DNA from: Gonapodya sp. JEL0774
Lineage: Eukaryota
Direction of reading: 5' to 3'
Assembly (NCBI GenBank): GCA_027604505.1
Contig: JADIIX010000041.1
Coordinates: 124,001-165,818 of the forward strand
Length of the DNA: 41,818 nucleotides
Position 1 is the first letter of the stretch, and every line of letters starts with the position of its first letter. Both the position numbers and the translations under genes were made by a program. Below the pieces are notes generated by a model that ran no database searches, was not told the DNA's origin, and saw nothing but the letters and a program-made list of their open reading frames with translations. Below, in pieces: positions 1 through 12,519 of this stretch.

Positions 1-149
1 GCATGCTACAATTGGCAGAACTTTCCGTTGCCATGGGCAACGCAACGACTTCTGCTCAAAACGCGGCGAAGTTTCGCACGATTGACAACAGCCAAGGGGG
101 CGTTGGCTGGGTAATGTCCAAAGTTTTTGGCGACGCAGCGTACCACTAA
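1..149 (+). CDS. 3' end of a Cof/HAD-IIB family haloacid dehalogenase-like hydrolase (partial, runs off window start)
   Basis: Frame from nt 3 reads MLQLAELSVAMGNATTSAQNAAKFRTIDNSQGGVGWVMSKVFGDAAYH*, stop TAA 147-149. This matches the Cof-family C-terminal pattern MLxxAxxxVAMGNA...A..v...N..dGV. Confidence 0.8.
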   Translation, partial: MLQLAELSVAMGNATTSAQNAAKFRTIDNSQGGVGWVMSKVFGDAAYH

Positions 150-380
150 AACCTTTGTTAGCGTCGACGAGGGACCATCGTGGGATGGTTATGATTTGTC
201 CCGCTCTAACATCGCAAGAAAGGGGGAGCAATGTCTTTGCAATAGAAACTGTAGTAAGTAGATGGACTCACTAGAAATTTGAGAGTTCCCCATTACAAAA
301 ACTGTGAATTTGATTGACGGTTCTTCAACGATATTATTATTGGCCAACACAACGAACTCATAGAACTGGCAACCAAAGAA

Positions 381-2641
381 ATGCAACTTACCCAGCGCTC
401 GTTGGTCTTCCTACTGACATTGCTGGTCATCCTCGCTATTGCTACGAGGACTTCGAGGGCTGCTGACCTTGACGAGGATGACGATGGTGAGTGATCGAGG
501 CGTCCAAGTCGTGGCGGAATCCATCCAGCAAGTCAGGTGACGCGGCTATTCAAGTGACGATTGGGTCTCGATACACGCATTTGCTCGAATGCTGTCTGTT
601 TTCGCTCGCCAATAAACCTGGCGGTGTCCCCCTCCGTCACGATGTGCGTGTCTTATCTGTCTTCCTTCCCTTCATCGCGCATAGACGATTTCTACTATAC
701 TCCTCCGACCCCCGCCTCCTCTTCATTGTTTGGCAATCTCTTCTCATTTTTGCTTCCTTCCTCTGCCCCATCGTCATCCAGCTCTGGGTCGCCCAGGTTT
801 GGTACTCCTGTGACCCAGGACTGGCGGTACGACGTGGCGGCGATTCTGGTGTTTTTGATATATGGCGTCAGTTGGTGGTTTGGAAAGAATAAGAACTTAG
901 CGTTCGCATCGGAGTGGTGAGTTCAATTGAAGACAGTCTTCCTGGTGATTGGACTCGGAAGTTTCTGGTAAAAGACGGACCGGATATTCAAAGATGCAGG
1001 ATTATGGTAGTGAAAGTGATATGCGAGATTTACGTCCAGAGCTTTAATTCACGTCGTTGCGAGGTGGAATCCACAAAAGTAGAGCGAAAGCCCTACTTCT
1101 GTGTTCATGTGGTTCTGTGTGATCCATCTTCTGTCATGTGGTGGCCACATGGTACAAATTGAGCCGTCTGTGATACTGCCCGACGCACGGTTCCATACAC
1201 AGGCTCAGAGTCACCGACCCTGTGTGGACCTCAAACTTCGCGGAAGTGGGCGACGGAAAGGACCACAAACTCCTGGTGGAATCCGGCCGCGAGTACCTCT
1301 TCTGGGCGAGTGGAAGGAAGAGTGTTACAAGTGTACTGGGGAGAATCAAGGTACGCAAACAAGATTGAGTGACCCTCGAATACTGAGCTGATCATTCTCC
1401 GTGCCATCAGATGCTCCCTCGTCATGATATTTTCATGAATTTCGTATACGAGTACTTCTATCCCCAATTCGACACACTGGTGATTTGTCCTGCATTTGAC
1501 AGTTGCTGATGGAACGCGTTCAAAATTTCAGTTTTCTACGTCCAGGAATTGGACATTGTACTTGCAGAAGACACCGGCGACAGTTTCGTTTTCTCTGTCA
1601 TGGCTAATAAAATTGCAGCGAAAGCAAACGACAGATTCGATTTGGTGCGTGTCACATGTTATTCGGAGCGTGGCTGCAATACTTCAGGAATCCCAAATGT
1701 TGGGGACCATCATCTACAGACCTTCACCCGTATCCGGACACACCCCACCGTCAACCCAGCGGTCTACACGATCCAAACTGAATCGGGAGAATATACGGAC
1801 GTTCTTTTCAGGGATGACGGGGTGAAGGAGTTTTTCAAGCTCATCGATGATCAAGACGGCCCTGGTGGATTGTGGCTCGAAGAACTTACGCTGTCGGATT
1901 TGCCAAAAGAGAGACCGAGCGAGTAAGACTGGATGCGAACACAGTAAAGGCTCGATTGGTGCGGACATTAATGATGGTCATGTCGACAGGCCCACCTCTT
2001 TCGAGAGTTCAACACCAAGGATGAGAGCTGTCTTCAGGCTGCCACGCTCACTGGTGTCTGGTCGTCCCAAGAACAAAAGTGCCGAGATCGACCGACAAAT
2101 CTGCGTGAAGCAAATCGAGTTCTTCTTGGAGTGTGTGGACAAGTGGAGCAATGAGGGGAGGGCACCTCTCTTAACCACTGAGGTGGGTCTCACAGTTGAG
2201 ACGATCCGGAATATCGATTGGACTTTCTCTCGCAACCGGTTGACGATTGAATTATAAGCAGACGAGGAACAAGGTGAAGAAAGCACGAGATACCGCGTTC
2301 CAGGAAGTCGCGAAGAAGAACGAGGATAAAAGAAAAGAGGTGTGTGCACGCCCCAGATCCTGAGTTCCCTCAATTCGAATTTTTCCTATAATGTCGCTTT
2401 TTCAAGGAACTTTCCAAGACCAAAGTGTTCAACAAACGAGCAGAAGAAGAGCGACTCGCACAGCTACCGCTGGAGGAACGGTGAGAAAATTTTTCCTTCG
2501 TTGTACCTGTTATGAAGCAAAAAACTGACACTGTGGCAAACGCCGCGCAGACGCAAAGTCGAACGTAAGCTTGCAGAAAAGGAGAGGGAACGAGAGTTGA
2601 AGAAGCAGAAGAAGAAGGGTACCATGAGAGTAATGATGTAA
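381..2641 (+). CDS. CCDC47: CCDC47/DUF1682 family ER membrane protein (PAT complex subunit), multi-exon
   Basis: ATG 381 begins a signal peptide (MQLTQRSLVFLLTLLVILAIA) followed by acidic DLDEDDD and a GTGAGT donor. Later exons give a TM segment and motif (DVAAILVFLIYGVSWWFGKNKNLAFASEW), YLFWASGR and FVFSVM...RFDL. The charged C-terminal coiled coil is KRAEEERLAQLPLEERRKVERKLAEKERERELKKQKKKGTMRVMM* (TAA 2639-2641). Internal exon boundaries are approximate. Confidence 0.8.
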
Positions 2642-2654
2642 TATTCTTGAGGGG

Positions 2655-5600
2655 CTACATCGTTTCCGATTCCTGTGCTCTGAACTCCTCTAACTCGAAT
2701 TGTTCCGTCCAAGTTTGCCGCAATTCTTCGCTCTGCAACTTGTCGCTCATAAACTCTTCTGTACTGTTTGTCCCCTCCTCGACGGACCCTGGCCACACCT
2801 GCTCCAACCTGTCAAGCAACCCCTCCAGCCCGCCCTCCAACTGGACTGCCAGGCTAGGATTTCTCGCAAACGCAATCAAGGTGCCGAACGTTTTCGGGTC
2901 TGGGCGAACTCCCTGGAGCTTCATGTCCACCAGTACCACCCGCTCTGCGCCAGCGAGATCCTTGAGTCGTGCAAAAGCTTCCACGAGGCTCGTAGCCGTA
3001 TTCCCGCTGAGCCTCGCACCACACCGCAAGGCCTGCTCCCATACGTTCTGCAAATCCTCTACCGTAGAGTTCCAGCCAACCTCATCCAACATGACAGTGG
3101 TCGCTATGGGAATGAACGTCGCCGGGGGAATGGTCCACGGCCGAGTGCCCGGGAAGGGCAAACTGACCACCTGTGGCGTCTTGGTCAAGAACGCACGGAC
3201 TTTGGCGTTCCATATATCTCGAACTATGTCGTGTTGTCCTGCATAGCTCATAACCATGGCAAGCGCGGTTTGGCAGGCCTGGTTGCCCTCGATTTGACTC
3301 ACGTCGCCCCACCAGCGAAGAACGGAAACGACGCCGTTGAGGGAGCGGGCGTTGCGACAACCGTCCATGGATGAGACGAAGGAGACCGCGTTGGGTTCGA
3401 TTTCTGAGTCCCGCATCCGTTTGAGCGTGGCCATGATGAGGGGGACCGAGGGGAGGGTTTTATAGAGGGAAAGCTGAAAGTTTGATGAGTCAAAGATCAT
3501 GGTTGAGTGTAAGAGATGCGAGAATGCCCCCCACACACAAACAAAAAAAAAGGAGCGGAGGTGGACACACCATGGAGGTAAACGTCACCACGTCGGGCGA
3601 CACTCCTTTCCGTTGCATCTCCTGGATCAACTTTTCGGCACCGTCGGCATCGCGTTTGGAGAGGAGGTGGTTCACTAGCGTTAATATCACAAGCACCAAA
3701 TCATAGGGGATTCAATGACCGGAAAGTGTGAAATGATGGAACTTTCTTGTCCTCTGAGCCATCCACTGAAGTCACCACATAGAACTCACCCAGCGCATTA
3801 TACGTCACAATGTTCGGGTACACACCGACACTTGCCATCTCCTTGAAGAGCTCCATGGCCTTGTTCGTTTCGCCGTGCTATGAAATGATAGGAGCCCAAA
3901 CCGGGTGAGGATCACTGAAAACGACACATTTCGACAACCTGCACACTTTTCGTCCCCTCTCCCCCGCGGCCCCCTGTAAGTGAAACTCACGTCCAAGCAC
4001 ACCTTAATCACTGCTGTATATGTGACGACGTTAGGTTTCAGGTGGGCCTGGGACGGCCGCAGCGACCGAAGTTGGAGGTCTTTCAAGATCGCGAGGACCG
4101 AGGTGACGGAGCCAGTGGATGCGCGGTGGCGGATGAGGCTGGAAGTATATTATGTGTGTGTGTGTGGGCGGAGTGGTGGAGGTGAGAGAGAGATAGTTTT
4201 CGGTGTGATTGTTAGGCGGGTGAGCCCAACACAGCGTCGTTTGGTGGATAGAGATGGAGAGTAGCGACAAACCGCCCACCCATGTACGATCCCATCCATT
4301 CTGTCGTTTTCAACTCACGCATTGTACGAATATAGGTCCGGCGAGACCTGCCACACGGTGCTCATCTCTTCCCACAACCTATCCACCATGGCACCGTCGC
4401 CCGCCCTGGCCGCCGCGAAGAGCACCGTATTACACGTGAGGGTACACGCTGGGGCGGTGGCATGGGGGAGCTCTTTTCTGGAAAAGAGATCCAAGATGCG
4501 GTTGTAAAGGTCTAGGCAGGCGAGGTAGCCTGGGTGCTGGAGGTGAAGCGGGGTCGGGCTGCCGGGCAAGGGGGCTTCTTGGGAGGAGAGGGTGGGGAGG
4601 GAGGAGAGAGCTTGGGTGGGAGAGAGCAGGTAAGCTTGCATCTGAGGCGTTTGGCGACGCGGGGTGACACCGTGGAGCACGAGTGGTGTCAGAACAGAGC
4701 AGAGCACAGTAAAGTGGTTGCAAGGGAGCTATTCTCGTATCACACACCATGGCATGGTACGAATGGATATCGGGAGAGAGTTTTCCCGAGTCGAAGAAGG
4801 TCCTCCACGCTCGTTGTGCGTCCACAATATTGTAAGCCTTGGCCAGTGCGCTGAGAATTTGGTTGGCAATGTAGTCGTCGGGTTCAACACCTGCAGCGTT
4901 CATGCGGGACAGAAAAATCTTTTGAACGTCTTCCCAGGTCCGGAACAAGGGGCGGTAAACGAGTACACTGGCTCGGAACTCGGGGAGGGTCGGTGTCAGA
5001 CGGGCAAACTCCCCCGCATCGTCCATAATGCGTTCGACACGCTTAATAGCGAGAAAGTAGTTAGGGGAGTTCCATGCTCGACCGCCGGTATGGACCCTGG
5101 CGGCGCGAGTTGTGGGTGTGAATGCACGGATTATCTTGGGCCAGGTTTCTGCGGGGAGTCCGGCGAGGTGCTCGGGGTGCTTGGAGCGAACGTAGCTGTA
5201 GATGGACCACAAATGATCGAGGGATATGGGCGAGTAATCCGCTTGCAAGCTGTCGTTGTAGCCGCGGGAAGATTGATTGCTCCAAGCTCCAGGGTTGTAG
5301 AGTCGGTTGTGAACACCTTCAAGGAGCGCGACAACGGCCTCACCCGCACTTCTAAAGGTGAGAGAGTGGGAAGGGCGTAGGTCGGCGTCGGATGGTGTGG
5401 TTGGCGCTAGGTGGTGTGTATCGACGGTGCGGAGCTGGCGACTTGCAGCTGGAACAGCTTTGGGGTTGTGACCGTCTCGAGAACGGTAGCTTTCTCTGAC
5501 ACGGCTGTTTCTTACGATTTTTGTGATCTCAAAAGCTTCTGTGACGAGCTCTGCATCGAGAGGAGCTCCAGTGTCTGGATGTAGCGAATCTCCCTGCTGA

Positions 5601-5830
5601 TTCTCTTTTACCCTTCGCCCGCGGCGCGTGGCGGGTTGATTGAGGGGTACGCGAGGGGATCTAGAACTTTGTCCGGTAGATGAGGCGTGACGGACAAGTG
5701 AGGGTGCCAGCAGAGGGGAAATCAAAGCATTATGACGTGGTAGAGAGAAAATTGAGGGAGACGACATCGAGCCATGAAAGCAGGCAGACACGCCCGCAGA
5801 AGCAGACAAGCGGGACAAAGAGACCCTCAT
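2655..5830 (-). CDS. Pentatricopeptide-repeat (PPR) protein, probably mitochondrial, multi-exon
   Basis: Several PPR motifs across exons: MNAAGVEPDDYIANQILSALAK, LSPDIHSYHAM, VSPDLYSYNA, LKPNVVTYTAVIKVC, MQRKGVSPDVVTFTSM, IEPNAVSFVSSMDGC, MKLQGVRPDPKTFGTLI. The Ser/Arg-rich N-terminus from ATG 5830 (MRVSLSRLSAS...VRHASS) resembles a mitochondrial presequence. Stop TAG 2655-2657. The start codon is uncertain. Confidence 0.85.
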
Positions 5831-6039
5831 TGAGAAAGGACGTAAGATCCCCCGTGAGAGCGCGGGCTGGTTGGGATAAAAAGAGTTGGGCAGAGGGAAA
5901 TGAGAAGATTCTGAGATCCCAGCACCAATCGATGACAGAAGAGCATCAATTCCAAAGTAGATTACTGTCGAGTGTGTACTCATTAAAAGTAATTCATTTG
6001 CCAATACAGTAAAAGTAATTGAATTTGCTCCTCATTTTT

Positions 6040-9000
6040 ATGGCTTCGCGCGTTGGGAAACGGACATCACAATCCACGGCTGCTGACCGGACGGGACCGA
6101 TGATTTCGTCGGAGATGGCGGTACAGCCATCGGGCGACCTTCCTCCATTGCCATCGCTCTCTGTGGACGACTCACAGTCAGACGCTGCGAATCCGCTCAA
6201 ATCATCCCCAAATCTCAAACCCAATTCAAACGACGCTCAACTCCCAGTCAATGAAAACTCACCAATCCACCCATCTCCTGACAGCACTAATCAGCCTTCC
6301 TCTGCTTCATCTCAATCTGACACCTCTCCTCCCCCTCAAGCTGATGGGGGGCAGCAGACAGTGGGGGACACAGACCTCGCGGATGCGGACCTGGAATCAC
6401 AAATGCGCGCCGTGCTGGGAATCCAGGATACAGAGGCAACGCGGCAGAGAAAGTAAGTGCGGCACCTGCAAGAAACACACCGCTCACCACTGTTGGCTGC
6501 GAGTGACGCGTCGTCCCTCCCCAAAGTGAGCACATCACCGCTTCGTCACGTGCCCTCCTGCCCTCCCTCCCCTCCTCCTACACTGGAAATGCGCCCAAAG
6601 AGCAGCTCATTTTGGACTATGTGGACAACTTTCGACGGCAGTACGCTCAGGTCTATCCTGGACGTAAGGACCTGCTGCTCGATCCACCCAACGAGTATGG
6701 CATTAAGGTAATGAACGAATGAGTGAGCGCACTTTTTCACTCTACTCCCTAAATTCTTGTTGGAAATTGTTTCCTATACGTGCTGGTTTCTGACCTCATT
6801 GTGATCCATCTTGTGCCGTTGTTCGATACTCCAACACAACCCCTCCAGAAATTCGTCTGCACCACCATCCGCCCCACCCAACTTCCCTTCCGCCAGCTCT
6901 ACAACTACGATACCTGCGCACGCTTCACTGCTGACTACGTATCCTACATACCCCTCGACCCGCCCCACGAACTGGTACGTGTGCCCCTTCCAATGTCTTC
7001 CCTGCACCTCAAAGCCCACCCCGCACCGCCCAGCGCACTGGAGTACTCACCGATGAACTTATCCGTCCAACCCCTCCCAACCTCTCCCCGACCACTCACT
7101 GCTAGCCCCGCACCCTCCACTCCCCCACCTTCACACTCCATCTCCAACTCGGCACCTGCTTCGACCTCTCTGTTCTCCTCGTCTCTCTCCTCCGCGGTGT
7201 AGGTTACGAAGCATACGTTGTGTCGGGCTACGCCTCCCGCGACGTCACCCTCGTCGACGAAACCCACGGCGACATGGCCCGTGGCGGGTACCCTGGGCCC
7301 TACACCGGGAGCGCCGTGGCATGGAAGGGTATCGCGGGCAGGTCGGAGAAGGAAAGGGAGAGAGAGGAAGCGAGGAGCAGGATGGCCGAGGCGAGGAGGA
7401 AGAAAGAGGAGAGGGAGAAAGCTGTGGAGTCGGGGCACGGGTTGGAAGGTGGGGACGGTGCAGGCGTTGCGGACGGTGGCGGGGAGCCTGGAGACCTCTC
7501 CGACGGACCTCCCCTACCGTCCGGTCCAAAGTACACCGTCAAGCCGCCCAAAGTCCTCGTCTCCGAGTTCATTATGAAACAAGAAGCCAAGGCGAGATCC
7601 TCCGCACAGGCCGATGACGGCGAGGGTGATAGATCCGGTGTCGGCGCTGACGGCCCAAATGGCGGCGGGGGCAGCACCGCCAACCTCGCCGACGACCCCT
7701 CCTCCGCCATGGTTGACGACGATGTGTTGCGAGGGTTGCGTGTGCACGCGTGGGTGTTGGTGTTGCCTGGTCGGAGGGAAGTCGCCGAGGCTTTCTTCAT
7801 CGGTGCGTGGAAGGAGTGTCGAGGTGGAAGCAGAGGGAACTCTGGGGCCACCGTGACCTGATCCCTCTTCCCGCCCGTTTCACAACCCCTCCCCCCATCT
7901 CTCTCCTCCCTCCTCTTGGACTCAGAGTCCACCACCGGCCGCACCCACCCCCTCGACCACCCTTCCTACCTCGGCGTGGAATCTGTGTTCTCCCCGCACA
8001 ACTACTGGGTTAACATGCAGTACTGTTTCGAAGGTGTCAAAGGGATCTCCTTCGACTTGGCCGACAACAACAAGTGGGAGTTTGTGGTAATGGATAATAC
8101 CGTGCCTGGGGTGGGCGGAACGGGAAAAGAGGTGACGAGAAAGCCGGGGAGTGCGGGGAGCGGAGGGAGGGGGGTTGGAGGGGGAGGTGGCGGTGGGAAC
8201 GGGTCTGGAAGTGGAGATGCGGGGGCAACGCAGGGTAACGGTGGTGGCGGCGGCGGGCAGCAGGGTGCGCCGGGGGTGGGATCCAAGGCGGACGACGACG
8301 AGGAAGACGGTGATGGTGCCGAAGACCAGTCCTCTGTAGATCTCCCTCCGAGTTGGGTGAGCGCTCTTTCGCTCACGCAGGAGCAGTTCGAAAAGAGGAG
8401 TCCCACGGGGAAAAAGACCGTCTCGTACCGCAACGCGAGGGTCGAGACGTTTGCAGAGTACCACAGGCAGGACGGGATGGTGACGAGGATTACGTACTTC
8501 AAGGATGAGGCGAGGGGGTTTGCGGGGGAGATTAGGGAGTTTTTTGCGAACCGGAAGTGAGTCTGCTGGCCGAGGGCGTTTTTCGGACCGGTACCCCTTG
8601 CAATGTCTTCTCCCACACCATACAGGGACAAACTTGTCGAACGCGTGCGCATTCCGTCACTCCGTCTGATCCACGAGTTCTTCGACAAGGGCCGCCCCCA
8701 CGCGCTCAGAGACCACGTCATGGTGGCCTTTCGAACGAAGGAAATGAACTTTTACGCCGCGGCTAGATTCGACGGGTTGTTGAGAAGAATTGACGAAGGG
8801 ACCAAGGTGGTGGAGCTGTACGAGGAGAGGGATGACGGGTTGTATTATCGGAGCGTGGTGTTTGATCCGACTGATGTGGTGGGTTGGTCGCGTTTGCGAA
8901 GGGGGAAATTGACGCATAGGCGCTTTTCCTCATATAAACCTGTGGTCGTGGGTAGCGGGAGGACGAGGAGACGCTCCCCGACCGTGGCCGCATCGTCAAG

Positions 9001-9986
9001 ATGACGGAAAAGTTCGAACGAAACCCTCGTGTGCCCGCAGTTGTGGACGCGCAAAAGAAAACATACTTTGTCAAGGAAGAAAAGGTACGCATCATCTACC
9101 ATCGGGAACCCGACCGCCTCGTTCCCTCCTTCCTCGAGTTCCGCAAACCCTCGTCGGACAGCAAGACTATCACCTTGGAACTCCTCAACAGCTTCACAGC
9201 CAACGCGTACGCCAAGCAGCCCAAGAATCAGCAGCTTTTCTTGGTGCTTTCGGCGTTACTCAAGACCCAGGCCGGATGTCTCGCAGCCATTCGTACCTCT
9301 GAAAAAGAGGTCCGGGATATCCTGTCGAACCGTCGAACGGAGGAGAAAAGCATTCAGCTCGCGGTCAGTGTGTATGACACGATCCGGAACGATGGTAAGA
9401 CGGCCAAAGAAGAGGAGGAGAAGAAGGAGGAGAGGACAAAGGAGGAAGAGGAGCGCAGGAATCAGGAGCTCGACTATCTGAGTCCGTTCCTCATCAACGT
9501 CGTGAGTTTATTCTTTTGCCTCCCTTCGACCATCCTCACATTGGTGCTCTCTCCTCCTAAACTATGTGTTATATTTCTAGGCCGACCCCACCAAGCTCAC
9601 ACCCGCCGAAGCTACAGCGGTCAGGGACGCGTGCCTGAAATCCCTCAAGGAGCGTATTCTGGAAAAAGCTAACATAATTCAATCCCGTCTGGACGAACTC
9701 GTGGCCGAGTATAAGCGGCGGGAAGAGGTGTACGCCAAGAACTCGGATACAGTGGGTGTGGACGAGACGGAGGAGTGGATGCGGTTCAGTGAGGAGGCGT
9801 TATTTAAGAGGAAAATTTTGGAGAAGAGACTTGCCAAGGTATGTTGAGGATGCTGGATGATATCTGGTGATCGATGCACGAAGTGCTCACGTGTCCTTAC
9901 AGCACAAGGAAAGCTCGCCTGAAAAGTATATGGCACTCGAAAAGAAACTCCGCAGTGATCCGCGATTGGACGTTTCGGGGCGGTAG
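6040..9986 (+). CDS. DRC7: Dynein regulatory complex subunit 7 (CCDC135/FAP50), multi-exon
   Basis: Exons encode SYTGNAPKEQLILDYVDNFRRQYAQVYPGRKDLLLDPPNEYGIK|KFVCTTIRPTQLPF, GTCFDLSVLLVSLLRGVGYEAYVVSGYA, LRVHAWVLVLPGRREVAEAFFIESTTG...YLGVESVFSPHNYWVNMQ, DLPPSWV, MTEKFERNP and LDYLSPFL. The last exon 9903-9986 is HKESSPEKYMALEKKLRSDPRLDVSGR*. These are characteristic DRC7 motifs. Confidence 0.92.
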
Positions 9987-10167
9987 TTACCTGGGAATGG
10001 GGTCTTCAAAGAAAGACCGCAAACCACCGTTTCATCTCTCGCAGCTGAAAGGATCTCTGGAGTGAACTCAATTTGATTCGTATATGATTGTATTGCGCCC
10101 ACAAGATAGGCATTGCAAAATACAGACAGTTTCACACCAAAATGTTCCATGATCACCCTCATCTCAT

Positions 10168-12376
10168 TCACCCCAGATTGAGTGATTGTCGCTATAGTTT
10201 ACATACGCAGAACAAGAAGTCAGGTACTCCGATGATTCGATGTCCGACGAATTATTTTCTCTCGCAACTTACTAATGCCATGAGCTGCTGCCTCTGCTCC
10301 GGCGGCAACGCTTCCACTTGCTGCGGCGACAATGACACGAGGCTCATGATTAGCTTGTGTTGGTAATTATGGAGCGAATGGGTGTCAGTCCACAAAGAAC
10401 AGCACTTCCAACACCACCAACGCTTACCAACCTGCTTGGTCTGTTCCGTCAACGCCGGTTGCTGACCCACTGGTGCACCCAGGCCCACCCCTTGCTGCGG
10501 CTGCTGTGGGACTTGGCCGGGTATTCCCATTTGACCAAATCCGAACCCTGGTTGCTGCTGCGCCGCTGCGGCAGCGAAAGGGTTCATTTGCTGCTGCAAT
10601 TGCGCGTACTGTTGCTGCTGCTGCTGTTGTTGAGATTGTTGTTGCGGTGCACCAAACAGGGCAGCCATCGGTTGTGTCAATCCAAGATTTTGTTGCGGCA
10701 AGAGTTGTGTCTGAGATGCGAGCAGCTGGGACAAGGTAGGCTGCTGGGGTACGACCGGGGCGACCGGTGCGGACAAGTGGCGATGGACAGCTGCAGCATC
10801 GAGGAGGTTTGCCGTGAGCATTATCTGGAAGGTGGCGTAGCTAGATGAGTGGGAACGCCATTCACGAACAATTTAGCACCGGAAGAAAGCAATAAGAGGG
10901 ATCTATTTGAACCCCGAAAGTTACACTCACGCCAAACCTGGATTTGCAACCAAGAGGGCACGCGCCTGGTCCGGTTGGTTGGTAGCGAGGAGCTACAAGT
11001 GAGGTTTTACAGATACCCGGTGGACATAGTTCGATTTAATCCAAACGTGAGAACAGTATGTATTCGAGTCACCAGGATGCGTAATCAAAATGTGAGTGCT
11101 TCTCACCTTGAGATTTGACAACAACTCGTACATCTTGTCCGCCCCCATTCCCGCCACAATCTGCTGCACCACCTGCTCCCCACCAGTAGCTGGCTGTGCG
11201 GAATCCCTATCTCTCTCTCTGTCTCTATCGTCACGGCGGTCTCGGTCGCGATCCCGAATATCACGGTCGCGGTCGCGGTCGTCACGGCGGTCGCGGTCAC
11301 GGTCCCGGAACTCACGGTCCCGTTCTCTCTCCCGTTCTCTCTCCCGCATTTCGCGCTCACGTTCCATTCGCTCGCGTTCAACCATCATCTTTATCGGGGC
11401 CCCACCACCTGGCCCTCCGAAACCTCCCGGTGCTCCAAAACCTCCGGGCCCCTTCATTCCACCAGTGCCCCCGGTTCCTGCTGCGTTTGCAGCGGCTTCT
11501 TCGTTTTCTTTAGCTGACCGTTCGGATTCGGCGAAGTCAACTCGGAGCTGCCGACCACCCATTTCGTAGTTGTTGAGGTTTCGGACGGCAGACGCAGCGG
11601 TTTCGGGATCCGCGAATTCACAAAACCCTAAATGTTATGATGATAAGTGGAGGAGGGGAGAGAGGCCCCTGGGTCAGGCCGGTTTGACAGGAAGAACTGA
11701 GCGAGCTCCACGATTCTTTCTTTCGACCTTTGACCCCTCTGCCCAGCACAACACAAATCACAATAAATTCATGAAAAATCGCCGCAGGATTTTGTACACT
11801 GAGCGAAAAGGAGATCAAGGCGCCCTTGCCAGCACATTCATTCCACCGACCTTCGTCGATGCTACACACCCGCCCAGTCAAGCCTAAGCCCCTACTCATT
11901 CTCGAACATTCTTCCAGTCATCATTTGAATAGATTTTGTTCTCTGTCCTCCTTGGTCCACTGTCCCACTAAGAATCCAAGTGAGCCCGCGACAGCGTCCT
12001 CCCTTTGAATTTACGTACCGAATCCTTTGGGTTTTCCCGTTTCACGATCGAATACCAGCCTGAGAAAAAGGGACAGATGTGAACCTGTGAACCACGCAGT
12101 TGGCGGACATCTGCCCTACGCATGATCAGGATGACACACCTGAAAGAGGAAACAGGTCCGACCTCTCTGAAAATATCCGTCAACTGCTCCTCCGTCATAT
12201 CGTAGGGAATATTCTACGTCGTTGCAGTCGCCCAACAACGAACGCATCCGTCAAGTTTCGTATGGGATGAGGATGAGAAGAGAACAAAGAGAACGACAGA
12301 GGTGGAAAAGAAAGCCAGATTGAGAACATACCCCCACGAATACGATTCTCGTTCCCCGCGCGTTTGGCATTGCCAT
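10168..12376 (-). CDS. CSTF2: Cleavage stimulation factor 64 kDa subunit (CstF-64/Rna15): RRM, hinge and C-terminal domain
   Basis: Spliced [81 protein letters not shown]. The hinge region follows ([10 protein letters not shown]...[18 protein letters not shown]). The C-terminus is [34 protein letters not shown] (TGA 10168-10170). Confidence 0.93.
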
Positions 12377-12519
12377 GTCTCCGGAAAACAATTAATGCGG
12401 TGGTTTCAGACAATGAGAATATGAACCGCAGTCGAATGTGCAATGTACTCACTCATACATATGTATTATGTAGGAGCAACCACCTCACCACAACAAACAA
12501 CATTTCGATTGATTTGAAC

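Noticed and set aside
5831..6004. Upstream in-frame extension of the PPR ORF to 6004
   Set aside because: It begins at a non-ATG codon in the ORF track and would leave almost no promoter before DRC7. ATG 5830 gives a better presequence, though an upstream ATG near 5983 is not excluded.
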